Shown one piece after another: positions 25,759 to 34,766 of a DNA stretch of 59,341 nucleotides. How positions within the stretch are numbered: position 1 is the first letter of the stretch; every line of letters starts with the position of its first letter. This DNA comes from Myxococcota bacterium (lineage in GTDB: Bacteria > Myxococcota_A > Polyangia > Polyangiales > Sandaracinaceae). The stretch spans positions 1-59,341 of the forward strand of contig JAYZQJ010000240.1 of the NCBI GenBank assembly GCA_036149055.1. Reading direction: 5' to 3'. The notes under the pieces are model-generated. The model was not told the DNA's origin. It saw nothing but the letters and a program-made list of their open reading frames with translations, and did not search any database. A program made the position numbers and the translations under genes.

Positions 25759-27861
25759 ATGAATCCTCGACGTGTGGCCACGACGCTGGCCGTGGCGTTC
25801 GCGCTGGTCTTCGGCGGCTGCGATCCAGGCGGCGGCACGCGCCCCGACGGCGGCGGCACGACGGGTGACTCGTCCACCGGGCCCACCGGGCGAGACACCG
25901 ACGGCGACGGCATCCTCGACCGCTGGGAGGGCGCCGACGAGCGGGTCGACACCGACGGCGACGGCACCCCGGACTTCGAGGACACCGACAGCGACGACGA
26001 CGGCATCCCCGACAGCGTCGAGGGCCAGACGAACACCTCCACCGGGGAGCCCGCCGACTCCGACGGCGACGGCACCTACGACTTCCGCGACGACGACTCC
26101 GACGGCAACGGCGTGCTCGACCGCGACGAGCCCGAGGGCGACCTCGACGGCGACGCCACGCTCGACTTCGCCGACACCGACGACGACGGCGACCTGATCC
26201 GCGACGTCGACGAGATCGGAGACCCCGCCGCGCCGACCGACACCGACGGCGACGGCATGCCCGACTACCGAGACATCGACTCCGACGGCGACACGATCGG
26301 CGACATCCACGAGGGCACCTTCGACAGCGACGACGACGGCGTGCTCGACCGCTTCGACCTCGACTCCGACGACGACGGCTGGACCGACGCCGAGGAGGCC
26401 GGCGACGCCGACGTGGGCACCCAGCCGATCGACACCGACGGCGACACCATCCCCGACTTCCGCGACGCCGACTCGGACGGCGACGGGCTCAGCGACGAGG
26501 CCGAGCGCATGTACGGCACCAGCCGGACCAACCCCGACACCGACGGCGACGGGGTGAGCGACCTGGTCGAGGTCTCGGCCTGCCCCGAGGGTGACGCGTC
26601 CTGCGCGATGGACGCCACCGACCCGACCTCCAGCCCGCGCGCCCGCGGCGACTTCGTCTTCGCCGAGCCCTACATGATGCCGCCGATGCCCGAGCGCGAC
26701 ACGCTCGACTTCGCGACCGACATCCGGGTGGCCGACGTCTACTTCCTCATCGACACCACCGGCTCGATGGGCGGCGCGATCTCGAACGTGCAGTCCAGCC
26801 TCTCGACCGCGGGCAGCGGCATCATCGACCAGGTCCGGGCCACCATCCCGGACACCTGGTTCGGGGTCGGCGACTTCAAGGACTACCCTGCTTGCGACTA
26901 CGGCGACGACGGCAGCTTTGGCACCCCTGACTACGCCTATAGGCATGTGCAGGACATGGCGATGGACGCGATGGCCTCCCAGACCGCGGTGAACTCGCTG
27001 AGCGCGAGCGGCGGCTTCGACGGCCCGGAGAGCCACGTGCCCGCGCTCTGGGCGACCGCGACCGGCATGGGCCTGATGGGCCGCGCCACCGCCGCGGGCC
27101 CCGTCCCGGCTCGGACCGACTGCCCGATGGGCACCTTCGGCTACCCGTGCTTCCGCGACGGCGCGGTGCCGATCGTGGTCATGGTCACCGACGTGAACAT
27201 GCACAACGGCCCGGGCGGCAGCGCGGCCTACCAGAGCTCCTCCTGCCCGTCCGGCGGCTTCGGCGGCACCACGCCCATCGGCGCCACGCCCCCGACCTTC
27301 CCCGAGGCGGTCACGGCCGCGACGTCGGCCCGCGTGCGCGTCATCGGCGTGGCCGTCAACGGCGGCGGCATGAGCGACCTCCAGCAGCTCTCGACCATGA
27401 CCGGCGCGGTCGACGGCAGCGGCTCCCCGCTCGTCTCGAGCGCCCCGAGCGGCAGCGTCTCGAGCAGCGTCGTCAACGCCATCCAGACGCTGGCGATGAG
27501 CACCCGCTTCGACATCAGCGTCGACTACGAGGACGACCCGAGCGACGCGGTCGAGACCTTCGCCGCGTTCGTCGATCACATCGAAGCTCGGGTGGCCGGC
27601 GACGCCTCTCGCGGCTGCGACCCGCGCCCGGCCGACGACACCGACGGCGACGGCTTCCCCGACACCTTCCGCAGCGTCACCGCGGGCGAGCGGGTCTGCT
27701 TCGACATCGTCGTGAAGCAGAACGACACCGTCATGCCCACCACCGACCCGCAGCTCTTCCGCGCCACCCTCCGGGTGCTCGGCGACGGCTTCACCGAGCT
27801 CGACAGCCGCGACGTCTTCTTCCTGGTTCCGCCGGAGATCAGCATCGGCGGTCCAGACTGA
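25759..27861 (+). CDS. Lipoprotein with thrombospondin-type-3-like Ca-binding repeats and integrin-beta-like vWA domain (CglD-like architecture)
   Basis: Signal peptide with lipobox-like VFGGC, many DxDGDG repeats, DVYFLIDTTGSM (MIDAS), GFDGPES and VMVTD. Confidence 0.8.
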   Translation: MNPRRVATTLAVAFALVFGGCDPGGGTRPDGGGTTGDSSTGPTGRDTDGDGILDRWEGADERVDTDGDGTPDFEDTDSDDDGIPDSVEGQTNTSTGEPADSDGDGTYDFRDDDSDGNGVLDRDEPEGDLDGDATLDFADTDDDGDLIRDVDEIGDPAAPTDTDGDGMPDYRDIDSDGDTIGDIHEGTFDSDDDGVLDRFDLDSDDDGWTDAEEAGDADVGTQPIDTDGDTIPDFRDADSDGDGLSDEAERMYGTSRTNPDTDGDGVSDLVEVSACPEGDASCAMDATDPTSSPRARGDFVFAEPYMMPPMPERDTLDFATDIRVADVYFLIDTTGSMGGAISNVQSSLSTAGSGIIDQVRATIPDTWFGVGDFKDYPACDYGDDGSFGTPDYAYRHVQDMAMDAMASQTAVNSLSASGGFDGPESHVPALWATATGMGLMGRATAAGPVPARTDCPMGTFGYPCFRDGAVPIVVMVTDVNMHNGPGGSAAYQSSSCPSGGFGGTTPIGATPPTFPEAVTAATSARVRVIGVAVNGGGMSDLQQLSTMTGAVDGSGSPLVSSAPSGSVSSSVVNAIQTLAMSTRFDISVDYEDDPSDAVETFAAFVDHIEARVAGDASRGCDPRPADDTDGDGFPDTFRSVTAGERVCFDIVVKQNDTVMPTTDPQLFRATLRVLGDGFTELDSRDVFFLVPPEISIGGPD

Positions 27862-27867
27862 CGCGCG

Positions 27868-29826
27868 TCAGTCTAGCCGACCGACGAACCCAAAGGTTCC
27901 GGTCGTACCGGTTGTCCGGGCGCCGGAACCGAGATTGACCGACTCAGCGAAGCGCCCCACGATCGTGAGGGCGCCGCCTGGACCGATGTCGAGCCCGTGA
28001 CCGATCTGGAAGCCTTCCCCGCCGAGCGCTCTGTCACGCACGTGAACGCCGGCGGGGGAGAACCGCGCAATAAAGATGTCGTCGCGTCCCATCGTGCTGC
28101 TGAGCCCCCCGGCACCGAACCCCACGGTTCCGTAGAAGCCTCCCACGACGATCACATCCCCGTCCTCCGAGACACTGACATCGTACGGCGTCGAATAGCC
28201 GTCACCAGGAGCCGGCACGCCTTGGAATCCCCGCGTGAACTCATGGCTGCCATCCGCCGCGCTCATGCCGACGACGAACCCGTTCTCGGGCCGGGCGGGC
28301 CCCCCTCCCCCGAAGGTGAACGGCGTGGCCGCGCGACCGCTCACGAACACGGAGCGCTCGTTCGCGGTCACGGCCGTGGCGGTCGTGAAGCCGGGCGACA
28401 CCAGGGGCTGCACCCATCGGACGAGCCCGGAGGCGTCGTGTGAGAAGACGACCGAATCCTCCGCGTCGGACGTCAGAGGCCCGGCGCCGAAGTCCACGGT
28501 GCCCCGGAACGTGGCCACGAAGTAGAGAGCGCCGACGGCGTCGACGGATACATCGCGGAGCTGCACGGTGGCGCCTGCAGCTCCGTAGGTCCGAACGCCT
28601 ACAGGAGTTCCATCGGGTCGAAAGCGAGCCACGAAACCATCGACATCTCCCACGGGCGCGACGGTGCTTCCCGCGAAGTCGAACGAGTGCTCGAACGAGC
28701 CCACGACGACCAGCTCACCCCCGCTGACCGCCAGGCGGGCTGCTCGCACGCTCCCCACCAGCGAAGGAAGCTCACGGAGCCAGTCCGGAGTGCCGTCAGG
28801 GCGAACCGCGAAGAGGACGCCCACAGCTCCCCTCGCCCCAGGCCGAACAGTCGTACCAGCCAGGGTGATAGCCTCTCCCGCGTAGTTCCCAACGGCCACC
28901 GTCCGGCCGTCCGCCGCGTAGTGGTGCACGTCGAAGGCGTCGAGATACCCCCGGTCCTCGGCGAAGGGGAGCGTCCAGCGCAGTGCCCCGTCCGCGGTGT
29001 AGCTGACCATCAGCCGGGGCGGTTCGGGACCCGCCCCGAAGTCGGCCCCGCCGTAGAGGCTGCCTACCACGTAGACGTTTCCGGAGGAGTCGGTGGAGAC
29101 CGCGCTGGCGAAGTCGTTGCCCAGGTTCCCCATGATCCGATCCCACGGGCGGAACGAGCACCGCCCCGCGTCGCAGGTCCCACCCGGGCACAAGGGACCG
29201 CTCGTCTCGTCGTCGACCGCGCCGGAGCAGTCGTCGTCGACGCCGTTACAGATCTCGGCGGCGCCCGGGTTCACGGCGCCGTCGTCGTCGTCGCAATCGT
29301 CGCCGCAGGTCGCGCCAAAGCAGCAGCCGGCGCTCACGTAGCCGTCACCGTCGACGTCTGCGTCCGTCGGTCCCCCGAGCGTCTCGGGGTCGCAGTCCTC
29401 GTCGTGCCCCTCCGCGTCGCAGACTTCGGTCAAGCTCGGGTGGCGTCCGAAGTCCGCGTCGTCACAGTCGCCCCCGCCGCACGCGATCGCGTCGTGCCCG
29501 TCGTTGTCGGCGTCCGGGTCGGTGCAATCGACCACGCTGCAGCGCTCCTCGGCCTCCGAGCACATCTCTCCGTCGCCACAGGGTGAGCCATCGGTGACAC
29601 ACCCTCGAGAGTCCGCCCGGTCATCTCCCGGCACGCAGCGGCGGACGGTGCAGAAGAGCCCGTCGTCACACTCCAGGTCGCGAGTGCACGGCGTACCGGG
29701 ATCGGCGTCCATGGTGGGCCCACCGTCGCGAATGGCGGCGTCCGGCTCCCCCGAGCCGTCGCCGCAGCCGATGGCGGCGAGCAAGGAGCTGCAGAGGACG
29801 AGAGCTGCGGGACGATACGTGTTCAT
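27868..29826 (-). CDS. Lipoprotein with Cys-rich MopE-like metal-binding repeats and a beta-propeller (SBBP-like) domain
   Basis: LAAIGC lipobox, DCDD..PGAAEICNGVDDDC, repeated DxxGNVYVVG..F.G..DFGAG units. Start ATG 29826 after a GAGGGGG RBS. Confidence 0.8.
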   Translation of the reverse strand: MNTYRPAALVLCSSLLAAIGCGDGSGEPDAAIRDGGPTMDADPGTPCTRDLECDDGLFCTVRRCVPGDDRADSRGCVTDGSPCGDGEMCSEAEERCSVVDCTDPDADNDGHDAIACGGGDCDDADFGRHPSLTEVCDAEGHDEDCDPETLGGPTDADVDGDGYVSAGCCFGATCGDDCDDDDGAVNPGAAEICNGVDDDCSGAVDDETSGPLCPGGTCDAGRCSFRPWDRIMGNLGNDFASAVSTDSSGNVYVVGSLYGGADFGAGPEPPRLMVSYTADGALRWTLPFAEDRGYLDAFDVHHYAADGRTVAVGNYAGEAITLAGTTVRPGARGAVGVLFAVRPDGTPDWLRELPSLVGSVRAARLAVSGGELVVVGSFEHSFDFAGSTVAPVGDVDGFVARFRPDGTPVGVRTYGAAGATVQLRDVSVDAVGALYFVATFRGTVDFGAGPLTSDAEDSVVFSHDASGLVRWVQPLVSPGFTTATAVTANERSVFVSGRAATPFTFGGGGPARPENGFVVGMSAADGSHEFTRGFQGVPAPGDGYSTPYDVSVSEDGDVIVVGGFYGTVGFGAGGLSSTMGRDDIFIARFSPAGVHVRDRALGGEGFQIGHGLDIGPGGALTIVGRFAESVNLGSGARTTGTTGTFGFVGRLD

Positions 29827-29912
29827 GACCCCCTCTTTCGGTCGAGCGCGAGAGATGTTGCGAGCCGACGGGACCCCCGTCAAATCCGGCGCCACTGTGC
29901 TACCACTGCCCC

Positions 29913-30641
29913 ATGACGATCGTCGGGGCGCGGGTGGGGTTTCTGCGGGGGGACTACGGGCACGACCTCGCCGAGAACCCTCGCTTCCCCACCTGGCCCT
30001 GCACGTTCGACCCGATGGAGGCCTACCGGCCGCTCATCGAGGCGCGGCGGGCCGGGCGGGAGGCGGTGCGGCTCTTCCTGTGTGAAGGCGGCGAGGGCGT
30101 GCGCCTCGGCGCGGACGGCGCCGTGACGGGCGTGAGCGAGCGGCTGCTCCACGCCATCGAGGTCATCCAAGAGGGCGCGGCGCTGCACGGGCTCTACTTG
30201 TACTGGTCGCTGCTCGACGCGGGCTCGGTGGAGGAGGGGGACGCGGTCACCGGCTCCATCCTCGCCGGCGGCGACGCGGCGGCCCGGTTCGCCGAGCGCG
30301 TGGCGGCGCCGATCGCCAAGGCGCTGGACCCGCAGCGGACCCTCGCGCTCGACGCGGTCAGCGGCGCCACCGGAGAGTCCGCGGAGGCGGTGGCGCTCAT
30401 CGGCGACGCCGTCCGGGCCGAGGCGCCGATCGTGATCACCGCCGGCGCGAGCGCGGCGCACCTGCGGGCCGTGTGGCGCGGGGGCAAGCTCGACGGCGTC
30501 GACGTGCGCGGGCCCCTCGCGACCCGCGCCGAGCTGGCGGCGGCGCTCGACGATCCGCGCGTGGCCGAGGAGCGCGTCCCGCTCTTCGCCGGAGACGCCG
30601 AGGCGCCGGACGCGCTGGGCTACGCCGCCGTGTTCGTCTGA
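29913..30641 (+). CDS. Hypothetical protein, degenerate GH5-like TIM barrel
   Basis: YGHDL..AVRLFLCEGG..GAVTG..HGLYLYWSL resembles GH5 mannanase N-termini. No NEP motif. Confidence 0.55.
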   Translation: MTIVGARVGFLRGDYGHDLAENPRFPTWPCTFDPMEAYRPLIEARRAGREAVRLFLCEGGEGVRLGADGAVTGVSERLLHAIEVIQEGAALHGLYLYWSLLDAGSVEEGDAVTGSILAGGDAAARFAERVAAPIAKALDPQRTLALDAVSGATGESAEAVALIGDAVRAEAPIVITAGASAAHLRAVWRGGKLDGVDVRGPLATRAELAAALDDPRVAEERVPLFAGDAEAPDALGYAAVFV

Positions 30642-32206
30642 CCGGCTGGCAGCTCGAACCAGAAGAGGGTGCCGCCGTCGGGCCCGTCCTCGAAGCCCAT
30701 CTCGCCGTGGTGCAGCTCGACGAGCCGCTTGGCGATGTAGAGGCCGAGGCCGGTGCCGCCCTTCTCGCGCCGGTCCGAGGAGTCGGCCTGGATGAAGCGG
30801 CCGAAGATGCGGGGGCGCAGCTCGTCCGGGATGCCCTCGCCGTGGTCCTCGACCTCGAAGCGCACGCGGTCGTCCACGCGGGTGGCCCGCACGACGACGC
30901 GGTCGCCCTTCGGCGAGTACTTGATGGCGTTCGAGACGAGGTTGTCGAGGATCTGGAGCACCCGGCCGGCGTCGCAGGGGAGGCTGACGTCGGGCACGGG
31001 GTCGGCGGCGACGAGCGACACCTCGAAGCGCTTGGCGAAGCCCTGGTTCGCGTCCACCGTGCCGCGCACCAGCTCGTGCGCCGGGACGTCGTCGATGGAG
31101 GGCACGACCTTGCCGCCGCCCAGCTTCTCGACGTCGAGGAGGTCGTTCACCAGCGCCTCGAGGCGCTCGGCGTTCCGGACCGCCATCGCGACCAGGTCCT
31201 CGGCGCGCCCCTCGATCTTCGGTACCGCGCCCGAGGCGACCAGCCCGAGCGAGCCGCGGATCGAGGTGAGCGGCGTGCGCAGCTCGTGGCTCACGGTCGA
31301 GAGCAGCTCGTCCTTCATGCGCTCCGCCTCGTGCCGCTCGCTGACGTCGCGGATGTGCCCGAGGAAGCCGAGCAGCTCCCCGTCCGGCCCGGCGACGCGC
31401 ACCCCGACGGTCTCGCCCGGGAAGAGCGTGCCGTCCTTGCGGCGGTACTCCATCAGGTAGGGCGCCGCCTCCGCGCTCGCCTGGCGGTTGTAGCGTTCGC
31501 GACCGGCCTCCTGGTAGGCGTCGGGGTCGCCGTAGAGCACCACGGTCTTCTTGCCGAGGACCTCCTCGGGCTCGTAGCCGAAGACGCTCTTGGTGGCCGG
31601 GTTCGCCATGAAGATCTCCCGGCGCTCGTCGGCGAGGACCACCGCGTCGGGCAGCGCCGCGAAGACGGCCGCGAAGAGCGCGCGCTGACGCTCGAGCTCG
31701 CGCTGCTCGTGCTCGCGCTCGATGGCGCGCCCGATCGAGACCCCCATCAGGGCGACCAGCTCGTGGTCCCAGCTCTCGAAGCGGCGCGCGCGCGGCTGGC
31801 GGTCCGAGAAGTTGAGCGTGCCGTGGATGCGGCCGAACACCCGGATCGGAGCGGCGATGTAGCTCTCGAGCCCCATGTTCACGTAGACCGGGTGGGAGCG
31901 CATCTCCTCCAGCGCGCCGACCTCGTCGTAGGCGACGGTCCCGCCGGTGTGGAGCACCGCCGCGCAGTACGTCCCGCCGACCTCGAAGACGTCGCCTCGG
32001 GCGAGGCCGTCGAGGCTCGTGACGACCGCCATCACCTCGTAGCGGCTGCCCTCGATGCGGCTCACGATGCCGGTGTCGAGCCCGAGCAGCTGGCAGCCGC
32101 GCTGGAGGTGGTCCTCGTACAGCGCGTCGAAGCTGGCGTAGCGCGCCAGCGCCAGCTCGTTGAGCGCGCGGAGACGCCGCGCGAGCGCAGGTTCTCGCTC
32201 GGACAC
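30620..32206 (-). CDS. GAF-PAS sensor histidine kinase
   Basis: GAF (YCA..YIAAPI..GTLNF), PAS (NPA..FGY, RRKDG), SHELRTPL, NLVSNAIKY, DHGEGI and GGTGLGL. Start 32206 or 32245. Confidence 0.92.
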   Translation of the reverse strand: MSEREPALARRLRALNELALARYASFDALYEDHLQRGCQLLGLDTGIVSRIEGSRYEVMAVVTSLDGLARGDVFEVGGTYCAAVLHTGGTVAYDEVGALEEMRSHPVYVNMGLESYIAAPIRVFGRIHGTLNFSDRQPRARRFESWDHELVALMGVSIGRAIEREHEQRELERQRALFAAVFAALPDAVVLADERREIFMANPATKSVFGYEPEEVLGKKTVVLYGDPDAYQEAGRERYNRQASAEAAPYLMEYRRKDGTLFPGETVGVRVAGPDGELLGFLGHIRDVSERHEAERMKDELLSTVSHELRTPLTSIRGSLGLVASGAVPKIEGRAEDLVAMAVRNAERLEALVNDLLDVEKLGGGKVVPSIDDVPAHELVRGTVDANQGFAKRFEVSLVAADPVPDVSLPCDAGRVLQILDNLVSNAIKYSPKGDRVVVRATRVDDRVRFEVEDHGEGIPDELRPRIFGRFIQADSSDRREKGGTGLGLYIAKRLVELHHGEMGFEDGPDGGTLFWFELPAGQTNTAA

Positions 32207-32320
32207 GAAGGGGAGCGTAGCGCGTCGGGCGGCGGATGCGGCCATCCCGGACACGGAACGGCAGTGATCACCCTCTCTTGAACCCTCGATCCGGCCCTCC
32301 CCCGCGTGCATGATGGGCGG

Positions 32321-34726
32321 ATGACTGCAGTACGCTTCGCCTGGACTCTCCTCTCGGTGCTCGCCGTGATGGCCTCGGCGACCGGGTGCGACTGCTCGGG
32401 CCCCGAGGCCAGCGAGTGCACGACCAACGCCGAGTGCGCCGGGGACGACCGGTGCATCGACGGCCGCTGCGTCCCGCCGGTCGCGGGCGACGACGCCGGC
32501 CCCGACACCGGCGTCGGGCCGATGTGCGCTCCGTCGCGGACCTGCGGCGCGGCCTGCTGCGAGGGCACCGAGATCTGCGGCACCGACGAGGAGTGCTGCG
32601 AGGCCGACGTGCTCTGCGGCGGCGTCTGCTGCGGGGGCGCGGACGAGCGGTGCGTGGCCGACGTCTGCGTGCTCGACTGCGGCGAGGCGGCGCCCTGCGG
32701 CGAGGGCGGCGCGGCGGTGTGCTGCGGGGCCGAGCAGGCGTGTCTCCTCGGCAGCTGCGTCGACCCGGGCGACCCGTGCGAGGCGCCGCGGGACTGCGCC
32801 GACGGCGAGTACTGCGAGGCGAGCATCGGCCGGTGTCTGCCCCGCGTCACCGGCTCGGACGAGTGCGAGTACCGGCCGGGGACCGGCGCCTTCGAGCTCA
32901 CCGAGGAGTGGCACTGGGCGAACGACCCGACGGTGCTGACCGGGCACGACCAGGTGATGAGCGCGGCGATGGTCGCCAACCTGAACGACGACGACGGCGA
33001 CGGCCTCATCGACCAGAACGACATCCCGGACGTCGTGTTCAACACCTTCCACGCCGGCCGCGCACGGCCCGAACTCGGCGGCGGCAGCCCCTATCACGCC
33101 GACGGGATCCTCCGGGCGATCTCGGGCGCCGACGGCTCGCGGCTCTGGCCGACGGCCGACCCGGGCTACCGGACCCACCCCTCCCTCGAGGTCGCGATCG
33201 CCGACGTGCGGAGCGACTCGCCCGGGCCGGAGATCATCGGCTGCACCTTCGACGCGGGCGCCACGTTCGGCACGGCGCGCCTCACGATCTTCTCGAACGA
33301 GGGCGCGATCCTGCACCGCTTCGACAGCGACCCCGCGGTCGTCGGCTGCGGGCGCCCGGCGGTGGCCGACATGAACGGCGACGGGGTCGCGGAGATCGTC
33401 GTCGGCAACAGCATCGCCCAGGCCGACGGCAGCGGCGTCGTCGCCGCCGGGCTCGACGCCACCAACGCCATCGCCGTGCTCTACGACGTCGACGGCGACG
33501 CCGACCTCGAGCTCATCGGCATCAACGGGGTGGCCGACCACGACGGCGCGGTGGTGTGGAGCGACCCGCTCTGGAGGGGCGAGGGAGGCTACGTGGCCGT
33601 GGCCGACGTCGACCTCGACGGCGACCCCGACATCGTCGCCACCAGCACCACCTCGCACCAGGTGACCATCCGTGACGGCGCGACCGGCGCCCTGCTCGCC
33701 GGGCCACTCGAGATCACGCCCTCGGGCAACCCCTCGATCGACGCGCGGGTGGACGCCCGGCGCCGGGCCCGCCCCACGAGCGACCCGCTGACCGGCGGCG
33801 GACCGCCCACCATCGCCAACTTCGACGACGACCCGGAGCCCGAGATCGCGCTCGCCGGCGGCTACGCCTACGTGATCTTCGAGAACGACCTGACGTTGAA
33901 GTGGTACCTGGAGACCCAGGACGAATCGAGCCGCGCGACCGGCTCGAGCGTCTTCGACTTCGAGGGCGACGGCCTCGCCGAGGTCCTCTACAACGACGAG
34001 TTCTTCTTCCGCTCGTTCCGCGGCCCGACCGGCGACATCTACCTGGAGCGATGCAACACGAGCGGCACCCTCACCGAGTACCCGATCGTCGTCGACGTCG
34101 ACAACGACGACCACGCCGAGATCGTCCTCGTCGAGAACAACTACGCCCGGAGCGTCTGCGACGACGGCACGCCGTCGACCACCGGGGTGCGCTCCTTCGG
34201 CCACCCCGAGAACCAGTGGGTGCGGACGCGGCGCATCTGGAACCAGCACAGCTACCACGTGACCAACATCGAGGAGGACGGCACCCTGCCGACCCGCGAG
34301 GCGCCGAACTGGAGCACCGCCGGGCTCAACAACTTCCGGCAGAACGTGCAGCCCGACGGGCTCTTCGACGCCCCCGACCTCGTGCTCCGCGACCCCGGCG
34401 CCTCGACCCGGGAGTGCAACGTCGAGACCCTGCACCTGCGGGTCCGGGTGGTGAACGTGGGCCGCGCGGGAGCGCCCGCGGGCGTCCCCGTCGCCTTCTA
34501 CGTGGACGGCGCCTTCGTCGCCCGGGCCGAGACCACGCGCCCGCTCCTGCCCGGGGCGAGCGAGGTGGTCGAGGTGCCCTTCTCGCCCGCCGCGAGCGGC
34601 ACCCCCTACGCCTTCACCGCGATCCTCAACGACCCGGACCACAGCCCCCTCGTCGGCCTGAACGAGTGCCGCGACGAGAACAACGGCGTCGGCCCCGTCT
34701 CGGCGGCCTGCCCCGAGATCCTTTGA
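32321..34726 (+). CDS. Secreted/lipo-protein with Cys-rich stalk, FG-GAP/VCBS beta-propeller and C-terminal CARDB-like Ig domain
   Basis: ATGC lipobox-like motif, CC-rich repeats, about seven ADxDGDGxxEIV-type blades, VRVVNVG..VAFY..ECRDENN. Confidence 0.82.
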   Translation: MTAVRFAWTLLSVLAVMASATGCDCSGPEASECTTNAECAGDDRCIDGRCVPPVAGDDAGPDTGVGPMCAPSRTCGAACCEGTEICGTDEECCEADVLCGGVCCGGADERCVADVCVLDCGEAAPCGEGGAAVCCGAEQACLLGSCVDPGDPCEAPRDCADGEYCEASIGRCLPRVTGSDECEYRPGTGAFELTEEWHWANDPTVLTGHDQVMSAAMVANLNDDDGDGLIDQNDIPDVVFNTFHAGRARPELGGGSPYHADGILRAISGADGSRLWPTADPGYRTHPSLEVAIADVRSDSPGPEIIGCTFDAGATFGTARLTIFSNEGAILHRFDSDPAVVGCGRPAVADMNGDGVAEIVVGNSIAQADGSGVVAAGLDATNAIAVLYDVDGDADLELIGINGVADHDGAVVWSDPLWRGEGGYVAVADVDLDGDPDIVATSTTSHQVTIRDGATGALLAGPLEITPSGNPSIDARVDARRRARPTSDPLTGGGPPTIANFDDDPEPEIALAGGYAYVIFENDLTLKWYLETQDESSRATGSSVFDFEGDGLAEVLYNDEFFFRSFRGPTGDIYLERCNTSGTLTEYPIVVDVDNDDHAEIVLVENNYARSVCDDGTPSTTGVRSFGHPENQWVRTRRIWNQHSYHVTNIEEDGTLPTREAPNWSTAGLNNFRQNVQPDGLFDAPDLVLRDPGASTRECNVETLHLRVRVVNVGRAGAPAGVPVAFYVDGAFVARAETTRPLLPGASEVVEVPFSPAASGTPYAFTAILNDPDHSPLVGLNECRDENNGVGPVSAACPEIL

Positions 34727-34766
34727 GGATGGACTTCCGGCGGACAGGACGCATGCTCCCCGCCGG

